A stretch of 63,705 nucleotides of DNA, counting the filler, from Octopus bimaculoides (taxonomy: Eukaryota), in assembly GCF_001194135.2 (NCBI RefSeq). It is 5 parts of 5 records of this genome, joined end to end, with 100 filler letters (N's around TTAATTAATTAA, not from the genome) between each part and the next. Parts side by side here need not be neighbours in the genome. Positions count along the whole stretch, not along the records: positions 22,852 to 44,590 come from NC_068986.1; positions 44,691 to 57,359 come from NC_069000.1; 3 more parts are not named here. One strand, 5' to 3'. The position numbers were made by a program, and so were the translations under genes. Shown piece after piece: positions 38,006-51,355 of the stretch. The first letter of the stretch is position 1. Each line of letters begins with the position of its first letter. Under the pieces are notes generated by a model, which was not told where the DNA came from, ran no database searches, and saw only the letters and a program-made list of their open reading frames with translations.

Positions 38006-38429
38006 TAGAAATACTGCTGCATCTGCATCCTCCCTCTCACTGGGAAAACAGAACAAAAAACTCGCTCACACAATAGCTTCATCAGCCCTCAAGCAACGTT
38101 GAGTTCACCCTGCCTGTGCCACTTTATTGAATGACCACAATAAAGTTTTTATTCAAGTAAAGCTGTAATTGCAAGTAGTCCTGTACATCCAGAAACCCTA
38201 TTCGACTGAATAACGAAAGCTGAACCGCGCTAAATATTGATATATATAAATGGAGTTAAACGCAGGTGTTATTCAAATTCTTTTACTTCCGATATGTTTC
38301 GAAGACAACATTGGTATTATTCCAGAAGTAATAAAATGGTGTAAAACAATGCAATCTTCTTATGTATGTATGTATGTATGTTTCTGGGTGCAGTTATAAT
38401 GATTTCAAATCTTCGCACAAAACCAGCTA

Positions 38430-38608
38430 TTTCCTCTCAGGGGAAGGGGTTAAGTTGATTACATCGACCTCAGGGTTCAACTGGTACTTATTTTATCGAC
38501 TCCGAAAAGAGGAAAGGCAAAGTTGACCTTGGCGGAATTTGAACTCAAAGAAGGACGAAATGCCGCTAAGCATTTACCCCCGGCGTGCTAACAATTCTGC
38601 CAGCTTGT
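38430..38608 (-). mobile_element. tRNA-derived SINE
   Basis: Same family as 27186 and 61600. Confidence 0.8.
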
Positions 38609-41600
38609 AATTAGAAAAAAAAAAAAGGAACCCAAACCAAAAAATAATTTTGCATTTATCTGAGTACAAATTTATTATTTTCATACAATTTATTTACACA
38701 CGCACACGCACACGCACACACACACGCACGCACACGCACACTTGCACCTCCCCACACACATTGTGTGTGTGGCAGATGCACTAATTGTAAATGCTGTCTG
38801 CGTTTAGAAGCCACCTGCAGATGTATCTTTTTGTTCTCTTTGGGAGATCTGTTCTACGAAGCCAGCTGCATTTGTTATAAAAGTCAATATAATGTTACCA
38901 TAATGTTATATAGTAACCAGTAGCCTCTGCAGCAGGGAGTCTCTATGTAGGAGTCCGATCTGCTAGAAATAGCAACCGAATCTCTCTAAAGTCATACTTA
39001 ATTTTTTTTCTTTCTAAGAGAATGATTTAGATAATATAGTTAAAGATAAACTGTATTTGAAAAGATGAGATGGTCATGACTAGAATGTCTTTCCTGATAG
39101 GTCGGTTCTTTAACGACTGACCTGTAAGCTAAAATACAACAGCAGATGACGTGCAAAAAACAAGCTGAGCAGTGGAGAGAACGCGACATATCTAGACCGC
39201 TGCACCAAGTACGATTCATTACAGCTGAATAGACTTGTAGGTTATGCCTATGCGTTCAGTAGAACTGACCTGGGACAATTGGAAAATATATCGTATTTGT
39301 CGGCGTATAAATCGTACTCATATTTAACGAGTATATTTTGTAGAATAACAAGTTTTAGTATGTTTCACTTCACGGTCACAGGGAAATATTTTAATATATT
39401 TTTCTGGGAAAAATGTATGAACATATATGATTTTGTACATGTAATTACAATTACAATATTGTGAAAGTATGGAGGCGTGTGACCTAGTTGTTAGGGGTGT
39501 TGGNNNNNNNNNNNNNNNNNNNNNNNNNNNNNNNNNNNNNNNNNNNNNNNNNNNNNNNNNNNNNNNNNNNNNNNNNNNNNNNNNNNNNNNNNNNNNNNNN
39601 NNNNNNNNNNNNNNNNNNNNNNNNNNNNNNNNNNNNNNNNNNNNNNNNNNNNNNNNNNNNNNNNNNNNNNNNNNNNNNNNNNNNNNNNNNNNNNNNNNNN
39701 NNNNNNNNNNNNNNNNNNNNNNNNNNNNNNNNNNNNNNNNNNNNNNNNNNNNNNNNNNNNNNNNNNNNNNNNNNNNNNNNNNNNNNNNNNNNNNNNNNNN
39801 NNNNNNNNNNNNNNNNNNNNNNNNNNNNNNNNNNNNNNNNNNNNNNNNNNNNNNNNNNNNNNNNNNNNNNNNNNNNNNNNNNNNNNNNNNNNNNNNNNNN
39901 NNNNNNNNNNNNNNNNNNNNNNNNNNNNNNNNNNNNNNNNNNNNNNNNNNNNNNNNNNNNNNNNNNNNNNNNNNNNNNNNNNNNNNNNNNNNNNNNNNNN
40001 NNNNNNNNNNNNNNNNNNNNNNNNNNNNNNNNNNNNNNNNNNNNNNNNNNNNNNNNNNNNNNNNNNNNNNNNNNNNNNNNNNNNNNNNNNNNNNNNNNNN
40101 NNNNNNNNNNNNNNNNNNNNNNNNNNNNNNNNNNNNNNNNNNNNNNNNNNNNNNNNNNNNNNNNNNNNNNNNNNNNNNNNNNNNNNNNNNNNNNNNNNNN
40201 NNNNNNNNNNNNNNNNNNNNNNNNNNNNNNNNNNNNNNNNNNNNNATATAGAGAGAGAGAGAGAGATGCAAAAGGATTATTTGATTAATTTCGAATTGAT
40301 TTCTAATAATGGCATACAACCACAAATATTGGCGGAAGGATATGTTTAGTGAGTAAATTTCAGAGTTTGATGAGTGATACGATTTATCTTATCGACCCTC
40401 GAAAAATAATGAACAAAGTCTTCTCTGACAGAAGTCGAACTGTGAACTCAAAAAAAGTACAGGAGAATTATATGAATATAAGTGAATTCTCAGCAACAGT
40501 AGAACTACAGCGCTTTCTGAATTTCTAGTTGGAGTCATTTCAAATACACGGTTAGAAAGAAGCATTTCTCATTCGTTCCCGCTTAAAAAGAAACCGATTT
40601 AATTGTCGAAGTGGGGAAAAGGCGGCAAGCTTGTTGAATTACAAGAGCGCCAGAAAAACATAAGTTGCGGTTGCAGTACTTCTCATGTGCTGTAATGCTA
40701 CAATAATGTTATTATAGTAACAATAAGCATCAGCAGTGGGGAATCTCTTGGTAGTAGCCCGACCTGCTAGAAATAGCAACCAAATCTCACACTGATTTAA
40801 AAAAAGATAAAGGAATGACATTAACAATATAGTCGGAGATAAATTTATTTGAAAAGATGAGAATGTCATGACTAGAATGTTTTTGATTTTAGGTGAGTTC
40901 ATTTGCAATTGACCTGGAGTTAAAACAACAAAAACAATAGAAGTAGCTGCAATATGTGGACAGGAACAAACTAAGCAGTGGAGAGAATGTAACGTGTCTA
41001 GACAATTTCACTGCACCACATACGATTCATTACTGCATTGTCAGAGTGCACTTTATGAATCTAAGATAAGCTGAGACAAAATATAACAACAGATTTGTAT
41101 GCAATGCCTTAGTTTAGTCGACTACTTACATGACCGAAGCTTACCTAATCGAATAGAATGATACATAGGTTAAACGACTAAAGCATTACAATGTATATTA
41201 CAATATCATACTATGATATGGCTGCATTAGAAATACTGTGATTAGTAGTACCGACCAACTCGCTCCCCTAAAATTTGTTGATTTTGTGCCTAAATCAGAA
41301 ACCATTATTTAAAAAGACACTGAGACAACAGAATCATAGGAGTCGGAAAAAATATTTTGCATTATTGGTTCCAGATTCTTACTTTCTAAGCTCAATTCCC
41401 ACCGAGTTCAACTTTGCTTTTCAACCTTTTGGGATCAAAAAAGTAAAGGGTCTGTCAAATACTGAAGTCAGCGGTATCGATAAGTTTGTCATGAACCTAA
41501 ACAAGAAATCAATAGTTGAGGGGAAATAACTCAAAGAATTTATGTAAGAGTTACTTCTACTTCTATGAATTACGTCCCTTCTTGATGGAACAAAATCACC

Positions 41601-41652
41601 TGACAGGCTCGAAATATCAGCCAATTTCCCTCAAATGCCACCCTGCTAACTC

Positions 41653-41671
41653 AATAATAATAATAATAATG

Positions 41672-41711
<40 letters not shown>

Positions 41712-41816
41712 TAATGCTGTATCAGACAAACAAGAAAAAAGATGAAGATAGCTGGAATGTCTTTGAGCACAGGTTTGCTCGATCATCAACATCATCATCA
41801 TCATCATCATCATCAA

Positions 41817-41868
<52 letters not shown>

Positions 41869-41891
41869 AGCAGCAGTAGCAGCAGCAACAA

Positions 41892-41922
<31 letters not shown>

Positions 41923-41940
41923 AACAACAGCAACAACAAC
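41653..41940. repeat. (AAT)n plus compound (CAT)n(CAG)n(CAA)n array
   Basis: Direct sequence. Confidence 0.95.
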
Positions 41941-42074
41941 TAAAATTCAAGTAAATTGTTAAATAATATTAAAAATTTCTATCGATGAGACATTAAGGCT
42001 CCTTTACTACACTTTACTGTCAAAGCAAGGAAAATCAACTGCATATAGATTTGTGTCTCCAGTAAATACGGTAA

Positions 42075-43218
42075 CAACTAGCAATTAGCCGAGATAACAA
42101 TCAAAAGAGATATCTTCTAGGGAGATTCTTGTCCACTTTTGCTATTTGTTATAGCGTTGATCCCACTTTCTGTAGTTCTATGCAAAGTCAACGCGCACTA
42201 TGAGTTGAGGAAGAATGGACCTCGTCTCAACAACCTCTTCTTCATGGATAATTTAAAACTGTTCGAAAAAGCAGAGCCTAGAATGGAGAGGCTGGTTGAG
42301 ACTGTACAGATGTGCAGCAATGATATAGGAATGGAATTCGGGATTTAAAATGTGCAGTGCTCACTTTGAAATGGGGGGAAAAGAGCAGATTGTAGGGGCA
42401 TAGAACTGCCGAATGGAGAGCGAATGGAACGCTCAGATAATGGTGGGTACAAGTGCCTTGGGATCCTGGAACTGGACATTATCTTGCACAGAGAAATGAA
42501 AGACAAGGTTACCGCTGTGTATGTGAAGCGCCTCAAACTTCACTTGAAGTCAAAACTCAGTGCAAGAAACCTTGTGACTGCCATTAACATATGAGCAGTT
42601 GCAGTAGTCCACTATAGTGCATCCATTATGAACTGAGATTGATCAATTCAGTCGCACTACCCGAAAGATGATGAAAATACATGGTGTATCTACCCTAAAG
42701 CGGACGTATACAGGTTGTACCTGAAGAGGTGTAGAGGTGGATGTAACCTGATTAGCGTACAAGAGTGCATCGACAGTGAAAGAAGAAGCATGACAGAGTA
42801 TTCTATAAACAGCGAACAAGACCTGCTATAGTATGCTGCTAATGCGGAAGGATTTACCAACAATGGAGTTGAGAGTGCTAATGAATTCCGATCACGAACA
42901 GCCAACGGGAGAGATGAAACAGTACTTCGCATGGAATTATATGGTCAGTTTCACCATGAAACTAACAACTTAAAAAACCAGGAAGCATCATGGAGGTGAC
43001 TCAGCAAGGGTGACCTAAAAAAGAAAACTGAAAGCCTAATCGCTGCCCAGGACAAGGCATTGAATACCAACTCACTGCAACGAACCTCCGCAGAATGCGA
43101 GGAAAGAAGGTAGAAAGCTTGGCTCACATTGTGTAAGTCTTGCGCAGGAAGGGTACAAGACACGACAAGATAGTCCAAAACCTTCACTGGTTACTGTGCC
43201 AGAAGTATAGATACAAAG
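42075..43218 (+). mobile_element. Decayed R4/Dong-like LINE (RT to zinc knuckle), interrupted by the Gypsy element
   Basis: LNNLFFMDNLKLF..NDIGMEFG; YKCLGILE; HWLLCQKY at the junction. Confidence 0.8.
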
Positions 43219-43456
43219 TGTTATATGTGCATGCATAGGTATACGTATATATGAATACATCTTCACTAGTAGTACTATTTCGTTAAGCGCATCTACTAAG
43301 CAGTATGAACTGTGTTTAAGGCATATACGCACAGCGTGTATCACTCCGCTATAGACACTTTTTGTAAACATGTCAAATAAAGTAAACAAGTAGAAACATA
43401 ACAATGCCTTCAGTGAGTTGTTTATTATCCCATCAAGAACAAAAGAATACATAACA
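43219..43456 (+). repeat. 5' LTR (238 bp, TG...CA) of a Gypsy element
   Basis: TGTTATAT...ATAACA, contains AATAAA, directly followed by the PBS. Confidence 0.75.
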
Positions 43457-43467
43457 TGGTGGCAGCG
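43457..43467 (+). promoter_or_regulatory. Primer-binding site complementary to the 3' end of tRNA-Leu (AAG/UAG type)
   Basis: TGGTGGCAGCG directly after LTR-terminal CA. Confidence 0.7.
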
Positions 43468-43582
43468 ATAAATACAAATCGAAAACAGTGCCTTTACAAC
43501 AAAACACGAAAACAACAAACCTAAAATTTAAGAAACTGAATTTCGCTTCGTCTTCGGACACACAGACACGACGATCAAAAAA

Positions 43583-44590
43583 ATGGCGTTCCCCGTCGCC
43601 GTACAGATGAATCTACATCCAACCATGAACTGGGAAGCGGATGATATCGTGGAAGCATTCCAGAAATTCAAACAGAAAACCCAGCTAGCTTTCAAAAGTT
43701 TCCTGAAAGGTGCAACTGCCGATGAAAAGGTAAGCTACATCCTTTTATGGACGGGAGAGAAGGGCCTAGACCTATTCAATAGTTGGGACATTTCAGAATC
43801 GGATTGCAATAATCCAGACAAACTTTTAAAGAAATTTGAAAGGCAGCTAGAGCCCAGATCAAACCATAGAATTCATAGATATGAATTCCAGGGCCTGAAA
43901 CAATACCCACAAGAAACGACTGACAACTTCCTGTCCAGACTAAAGAATGTTGCCGAGAAGTGCAAATTCAAAGACAAGGACGATAGGATTGTTGATCAAC
44001 TTATATGGGGGTGTGCTCATAAAGAAGTCCAGAAATCCCTCATCGGTAAGGATGCTCTCCAGTTGGCAGAAGCAGTAGACACTGCAAGAGTATTCGAAGC
44101 CACTACCAAACAAATGGCCTCACTCACTCTGCAGACAAACATAACAGGCAGCAGTGTAGATACTGTATCAAAACGTAGGATGAAACATACCCACAAACAG
44201 AGAACATGCCAGTACTGTGGTACAGAGCATGAGTTCAATGACAGGAGGAAATGTCCTGCATACGGTACACACTGCAAAGCATGTGGAAAACCCAACCACT
44301 GGGGGAAAATGTGCAGACTAGCAAAGTCTCAAAAATATAAGCCCCAATTTTCAAAGTGGAGTGGAAAAAGAAGACAAAGAGATATACATGCCCAACATCT
44401 CAAAGAAAATACTTCAGAGGAGGAATTCTTGGCAGTCGGCATAATAAATATAAATGAAATGGGAAATAACAACCAAAAGAAAAATGAGGCATACACAACT
44501 ATAGAAATTCAGAAGAAGTCAGGCAGGAAACGAACATACATTGACCTGAAGCTGAAGATTGACACTGGAGCCCAGAGTAATATCCTACCT
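43583..44590 (+). CDS. gag: Open gag-protease frame of a young Mag-like Ty3/Gypsy element, runs into a gap
   Basis: 336 uninterrupted codons; CQYCGTEH..C and CKACGKPNHWGKMC knuckles; LKIDTGAQSNILP protease motif. Confidence 0.9.
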
Positions 44591-45522
44591 NNNNNNNNNN
44601 NNNNNNNNNNNNNNNNNNNNNNNNNNNNNNNNNNTTAATTAATTAANNNNNNNNNNNNNNNNNNNNNNNNNNNNNNNNNNNNNNNNNNNNTGTGTGTGTG
44701 TGTGTGTGTGTCAACAGAAATAATAATAGCATCGATCTCATCTACCCTGAATGAAGAGATTGAATAGCAGCCTCATCAGTAAGAATTCGATACTTCTCTC
44801 TCACATTGGCCTCCTGTCACTTAATTAGTTTTTATTCCTCTCTTTATATTAAGGTACTCTGGTTAATTAAATCACCCGTTACCTTTGATCAATCGGAATT
44901 ATGTGTGCTATGTAGAGAGAGAGATGGAGAGAGAAAGAAAGAGAAAGAGAGAGAGAGGGGGGAGAGAAGGAAATACTGCAAACGCTTTAATTTGGCTCAT
45001 TAACGGACACGCTTCAGTGTAGTCAGTCGGACTCTAAGAAATAGGAAATGTATTCTACCCTCTACGAAATCACACCTTTCTGTCTTAAATAATGAAAGAG
45101 CACATGTGACAATGTAACCCTTCACATCCCTAAAACAAGACGGAATGGGTGCGGTTTCAATGTTGGATTATAGTCCGATCGGTGAGGCCTGTTCTAGGAT
45201 TAAAAGAACTGCCAGAAACCAACAATAAAAACAACACCGTTAGGAAAAAGTATATTGTAACACAGTATTACTCTCAGAAACGCGCGCGCTGGTGTGTGTG
45301 TGCTTATAAATAAACGCACACGCTCACATGCACAAAGTTACATACATATACATATGTGTATCTATGAATACACACACACACACACACACATATATTTATG
45401 GACACACGCATACATACATGCGTACATGCATGCATATATATATATATGTATGTATTCATATATATATGTATATGTATTTGTATATGTATATATGTATATA
45501 TATGTGTGTGTATGTATATATG

Positions 45523-45617
<95 letters not shown>

Positions 45618-46538
45618 NNNNNNNNNNNNNNNNNNNNNNNNNNNNNNNNNNNNNNNNNNNNNNNNNNNNNNNNNNNNNNNNNNNNNNNNNNNNNNNNNNN
45701 NNNNNNNNNNNNNNNNNNNNNNNNNNNNNNNNNNNNNNNNNNNNNNNNNNNNNNNNNNNNNNNNNNNNNNNNNNNNNNNNNNNNNNNNNNNNNNNNNNNN
45801 NNNNNNNNNNNNNNNNNNNNNNNNNNNNNNNNNNNNNNNNNNNNNNNNNNNNNNNNNNNNNNNNNNNNNNNNNNNNNNNNNNNNNNNNNNNNNNNNNNNN
45901 NNNNNNNNNNNNNNNNNNNNNNNNNNNNNNNNNNNNNNNNNNNNNNNNNNNNNNNNNNNNNNNNNNNNNNNNNNNNNNNNNNNNNNNNNNNNNNNNNNNN
46001 NNNNNNNNNNNNNNNNNNNNNNNNNNNNNNNNNNNNNNNNNNNNNNNNNNNNNNNNNNNNNNNNNNNNNNNNNNNNNNNNNNNNNNNNNNNNNNNNNNNN
46101 NNNNNNNNNNNNNNNNNNNNNNNNNNNNNNNNNNNNNNNNNNNNNNNNNNNNNNNNNNNNNNNNNNNNNNNNNNNNNNNNNNNNNNNNNNNNNNNNNNNN
46201 NNNNNNNNNNNNNNNNNNNNNNNNNNNNNNNNNNNNNNNNNNNNNNNNNNNNNNNNNNNNNNNNNNNNNNNNNNNNNNNNNNNNNNNNNNNNNATATATA
46301 TATATATTTATATATAGGTTCAAAAAAGGAAAACGACAAAAAAAGACAACAAAAAACAACAACGCGAAGATGTGATGCAGATTGTGTTACTGGACGCTCG
46401 GGAAAGGAATATATATACATACACACACACAAACACATGAACACATATACATACATATATATATATATGTATGTATATATGTATGTATGTATATGTGTGT
46501 ATGTGTACGTATGTGTTTATATACATATGCATACTAAC

Positions 46539-46569
<31 letters not shown>

Positions 46570-46841
46570 CGGACGCTCACACACACACACAGATGCATAA
46601 GAACTTTGTTGACGTCATAAAAATTTATAAACTTCGAGAGAACGTGAAATAATTCTCTGTTTTGGGTTAGTGGATCTCGAAGTAGATAAAGACATAGATA
46701 ATAACCTATAAATATTCGGTGAGAATAGGTCAAAAGACGTAGAACAGATAAGGACTAGATTAGATTAGGTATGTGTAGATGCAAGTGTTGGGGTAGATTG
46801 AGTATATGTGCATGCATGCGTGTATATGTGTACGCGCGTGC

Positions 46842-46876
<35 letters not shown>

Positions 46877-46994
46877 TGTTTGTGTATGCGCGCGTTCTGT
46901 TATAGTGTCTTTGTTACATCAACTAACTGCAGATAATGTTGCGGAAGCCGTTTAGAAGCAATCAATAATGTTTCATACTACTCGGTCATGGAGT

Positions 46995-47310
46995 ATAAAT
47001 CCACATACCCTAGTGGTTAGAGCGTTGTGCTTACGTCCATAAAGGCATTGGTTCGATATCTGGACCAGGCGACGCATGGTTCACCTTCAACAATGTATTT
47101 CATTTCATTTCATGATGCCCCAGTCTATTCCGTTGAAAATGAGTACTGTGCTGGTACAGCCCTACCTCCCTACGGCTGTTACATCTTCGAGGGTCCACAA
47201 TGTCAAGTCGTGGGAAGGCCGAGAGGATATCTATGTCTGCACATAAAACAATTAGCAGAAGCATGATGCATGCTCTCCGGTCATAAGTGCTAGCCAGTGA
47301 CGGCTATGGA
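46995..47310 (+). mobile_element. tRNA-derived SINE, diverged
   Basis: CTAGTGGTTAGAGCG A-box, GGTTCGATATC B-box, GAAAATGAGTAC core. Confidence 0.6.
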
Positions 47311-48771
47311 TTTTTTTTTTTAGTCTTAGAGCGAACCGAGCATAAGATAGCTTCTTGCACAGTTGCTCAATTTGTAGAAATACTATCGAAATCTCGCCCA
47401 ATCCACACCGATGGGTGCTGAAAAGATCCTGGCTTTGTGTAAAAGAAAATGCAGGACGATCAGTTAATTATGATTTTATTCCACATATTCTCCCCTCAGA
47501 TTCATACTCATTACACCAATCGTTTTGCCATCCTCTTGGTCGCCATTTTACCTTTGGAAAATGTATTTGACCCATAGATTGGAACATGAGCGGTCTTACC
47601 GATCCGGGTCAGAACGGGAGTATCAAAACTCAAGAAATCCCGAACTGGCGCCTCCCCATCGGATGCAAATTAATGTCATACCCAGAACAAATACACATAC
47701 ATACAANNNNNNNNNNNNNNNNNNNNNNNNNNNNNNNNNNNNNNNNNNNNNNNNNNNNNNNNNNNNNNNNNNNNNNNNNNNNNNNNNNNNNNNNNNNNNN
47801 NNNNNNNNNNNNNNNNNNNNNNNNNNNNNNNNNNNNNNNNNNNNNNNNNNNNNNNNNNNNNNNNNNNNNNNNNNNNNNNNNNNNNNNNNNNNNNNNNNNN
47901 NNNNNNNNNNNNNNNNNNNNNNNNNNNNNNNNNNNNNNNNNNNNNNNNNNNNNNNNNNNNNNNNNNNNNNNNNNNNNNNNNNNNNNNNNNNNNNNNNNNN
48001 NNNNNNNNNNNNNNNNNNNNNNNNNNNNNNNNNNNNNNNNNNNNNNNNNNNNNNNNNNNNNNNNNNNNNNNNNNNNNNNNNNNNNNNNNNNNNNNNNNNN
48101 NNNNNNNNNNNNNNNNNNNNNNNNNNNNNNNNNNNNNNNNNNNNNNNNNNNNNNNNNNNNNNNNNNNNNNNNNNNNNNNNNNNNNNNNNNNNNNNNNNNN
48201 NNNNNNNNNNNNNNNNNNNNNNNNNNNNNNNNNNNNNNNNNNNNNNNNNNNNNNNNNNNNNNNNNNNNNNNNNNNNNNNNNNNNNNNNNNNNNNNNNNNN
48301 NNNNNNNNNNNNNNNNNNNNNNNNNNNNNNNNNNNNNNNNNNNNNNNNNNNNNNNNNNNNNNNNNNNNNNNNNNNNNNNNNNNNNNNNNNNNNNNNNNNN
48401 NNNNNNNNNNNNNNNNNNNNNNNNNNNNNNNNNNNNNNNNNNNNNNNNNNNNNNNNNNNNNNNNNNNNNNNNNNNNNNNNNNNNNNNNNNNNNNNNNNNN
48501 NNNNNNNNNNNNNNNNNNNNNNNNNNNNNNNNNTATATATATATATATATATATGTATATAATACAAATAATATATGAGTATATGCATATATACGTACAT
48601 GTATGTACATATCTACATCTACATGTATATATAGATGAATATCTAGGTAGAGGACGTTGCAAAAAAACGTGGACAAAATGATAAACGGAGTACAGAAAAC
48701 GCATAGGCCACATGGAGAACATTTCCTTCATCAGCTGCCACCATTCTAAAACTAAGCGTTTACGCTATAAT

Positions 48772-48803
<32 letters not shown>

Positions 48804-48805
48804 TA

Positions 48806-48908
48806 CGGAATAAAGTGGTTTTGGTCAAAAGACATAACGCGCAGCCAGGATTCGAACTCACGACCTTACGCTTGCGAGCCGAACACTCTAACCACTAAGC
48901 CACGCGCC
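48806..48908 (-). mobile_element. tRNA-like SINE head (not a tRNA gene)
   Basis: GGCGCGTGGCTTAGTGGTTAGAGTG...GAGTTCGAATCC followed by SINE body TTATGTC..CACTTTATT. Confidence 0.75.
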
Positions 48909-49943
48909 TGTATACTGAAAATGCTTGCAATGTCTGACTATTATGTCTGTGACTATGTTCATGTCCATGTGAAATTGTAAATATCAATTAAGATTATACG
49001 TTTGTGTATTACTATACACACAGCTAATAATAAATATAGTCTAACTTTTTCAAAATACTGACAATGTGAGCCTACGTGTATTTGACTACGTGCAATGAGT
49101 GTATGTGTCATGAGTGTATGTGTGTGTGGGTATGTCTTTCTTGCTGTGCGGTATGTATGTATACGTGCGTGCGTATGTTTGTATGCGAATGACTCCCTGT
49201 GTTTTTAGTGTGTGTATGTTTGCATATATATATATATATATATATATATANNNNNNNNNNNNNNNNNNNNNNNNNNNNNNNNNNNNNNNNNNNNNNNNNN
49301 NNNNNNNNNNNNNNNNNNNNNNNNNNNNNNNNNNNNNNNNNNNNNNNNNNNNNNNNNNNNNNNNNNNNNNNNNNNNNNNNNNNNNNNNNNNNNNNNNNNN
49401 NNNNNNNNNNNNNNNNNNNNNNNNNNNNNNNNNNNNNNNNNNNNNNNNNNNNNNNNNNNNNNNNNNNNNNNNNNNNNNNNNNNNNNNNNNNNNNNNNNNN
49501 NNNNNNNNNNNNNNNNNNNNNNNNNNNNNNNNNNNNNNNNNNNNNNNNNNNNNNNNNNNNNNNNNNNNNNNNNNNNNNNNNNNNNNNNNNNNNNNNNNNN
49601 NNNNNNNNNNNNNNNTCTCTCTCTCTCACTCTCTCTCCTTCTCTCTCCCTCTCTCTCTCTCACTCCACACACACACATACACACATGGCCTCACATATAC
49701 GTTTTCCTCAGTGTGGGTTCGGATACGTGGGTATTTCATTTGTTGTCTAATACACGCATTTTATGCGTATGTATGCATGTGAGCATGTGTGCAAAGTTTA
49801 CCTATATATATAAAACACACACACACACACATATATATACACACATATATACATAATACATATACACATATATAGAAATGTTTCTGTATATGTAAATATA
49901 CATAGGTACATTCATGCATGCATTATAATATATGTGTCTAAGA

Positions 49944-50001
<58 letters not shown>

Positions 50002-50665
50002 TTGTTTATATAAGGATATATATAAGTGTATGAGTGTGTGTGTGTGTGCGTGTGTGTGTGTGTGCGCGCGCATGCGTGCATGTGTGCGTGTGTTTACATC
50101 TATTTTCAAAGTGGATCACAACCTTGGTGCTGAGAAAAAACAAAGATGTAAAAAGAAAAAAAACAATAAAAATTATTTCTAAATATTTTGTTTATGAAAC
50201 GGTTATTTAATCACTCTGTAAAATGGTGAATTTAGCCAAAGATACTGTTATTGTTGTTTAAACAATGTTACTATCATGATAGCAGGCTAATTTATTTCGA
50301 TACTAGGATTGGTAGAGCGCCATTGGGGAAAAAAATTACTTGTGTGATTTAGGCATGTCTCTTTATGTTCCGAGTTCGAGTTCCTAGAGCGATGGCTTGC
50401 TTTGCCTAATATTCTTTTGGGAGCCATAAAGATAGTACCAGTCATATAATTGGGTTGATGTAATCGATAGTACCTCTCACTCAAAACCTAAGGTCTTGTA
50501 CTTAAGTTAGGAATGGTTATTATTAGTGCTACGTTCTGACTAAGGTTGACTTTGCCGCTTATCTTTTTGGGATCGATAAAATAAGAAACAGTCGAGCAGT
50601 GGGGTGAATGTAATCGAATAGTTTCCTCTCTCAAAGCTTCAGATATTATGCCTATAGTAGAGAGA

Positions 50666-50733
<68 letters not shown>

Positions 50734-50735
<2 letters not shown>

Positions 50736-51013
50736 GTTTGACTTTTGTTTTGTATTTATACAAGTTGACTCCAAGTTTCACCCAGAGACTCCAAGTTTCA
50801 CCCAGAGACCCCAAGTTCATGTTGGTGTTATGCCTAGGGTGTCATATATTTGGTTTTGCACACAGTATTTTACGTAGGATATGGGCAGTTCCCATGAGCA
50901 CTCTCTTTTGAATTTCTGCCATTTTGAGGTTTCCTGGTATCTGAGCTAGGTAGTAATCAGCCCGTTTCGCTGTCATTCCCAGGGCACCTATGACAATAGG
51001 TATTGTTTTAGTC

Positions 51014-51014
<1 letters not shown>
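50734..51014 (-). mobile_element. 5'-truncated R4/Dong-like LINE 3' end within (TAA)n
   Basis: IPIVIGALG...LMGTAHILRKIL; (TTA)n on the plus strand on both sides. Confidence 0.85.
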
Positions 51015-51101
<87 letters not shown>

Positions 51102-51123
51102 CATTATTATTATTATTATATGC

Positions 51124-51355
51124 CAAGGCGGTGAGCTGGCAGAATCGTTAGTACGCCGGACAAAATACTTAGCGGTATTTCTTCCGACTTTACTTCCGTG
51201 TTCAAATTCCGCTGAGGACGACGTTGTCTTTCATCCCTTCAAGATCGACAAAAGACGAAAGGCAATGTCCACAGTACTCCCTGTCGAACACTGTGGTCGA
51301 TGTAATTGACTAGTCCCTTCCCCAAAAGTTTCGCGCCTTGTGACTATAGTAAAAA
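51124..51355 (+). mobile_element. tRNA-derived SINE
   Basis: AAGGCGGTGAGCTGGCAGAATCGTTAG head. Confidence 0.8.

Noticed and set aside
38040-38080. Minus-strand CTGATGAAGCT...AGCGAG, and CTGATGAAGG at about 48730
   Set aside because: No GAAA core or stem III downstream; at most remote PLE-related remnants.
41516-41962. ORF with poly-I/S/A/T tracts
   Set aside because: Translation of a compound microsatellite; no splice or domain evidence.
48836-48908. tRNA-like cloverleaf
   Set aside because: Continues into SINE body and lacks a proper acceptor stem, so it is a SINE head.
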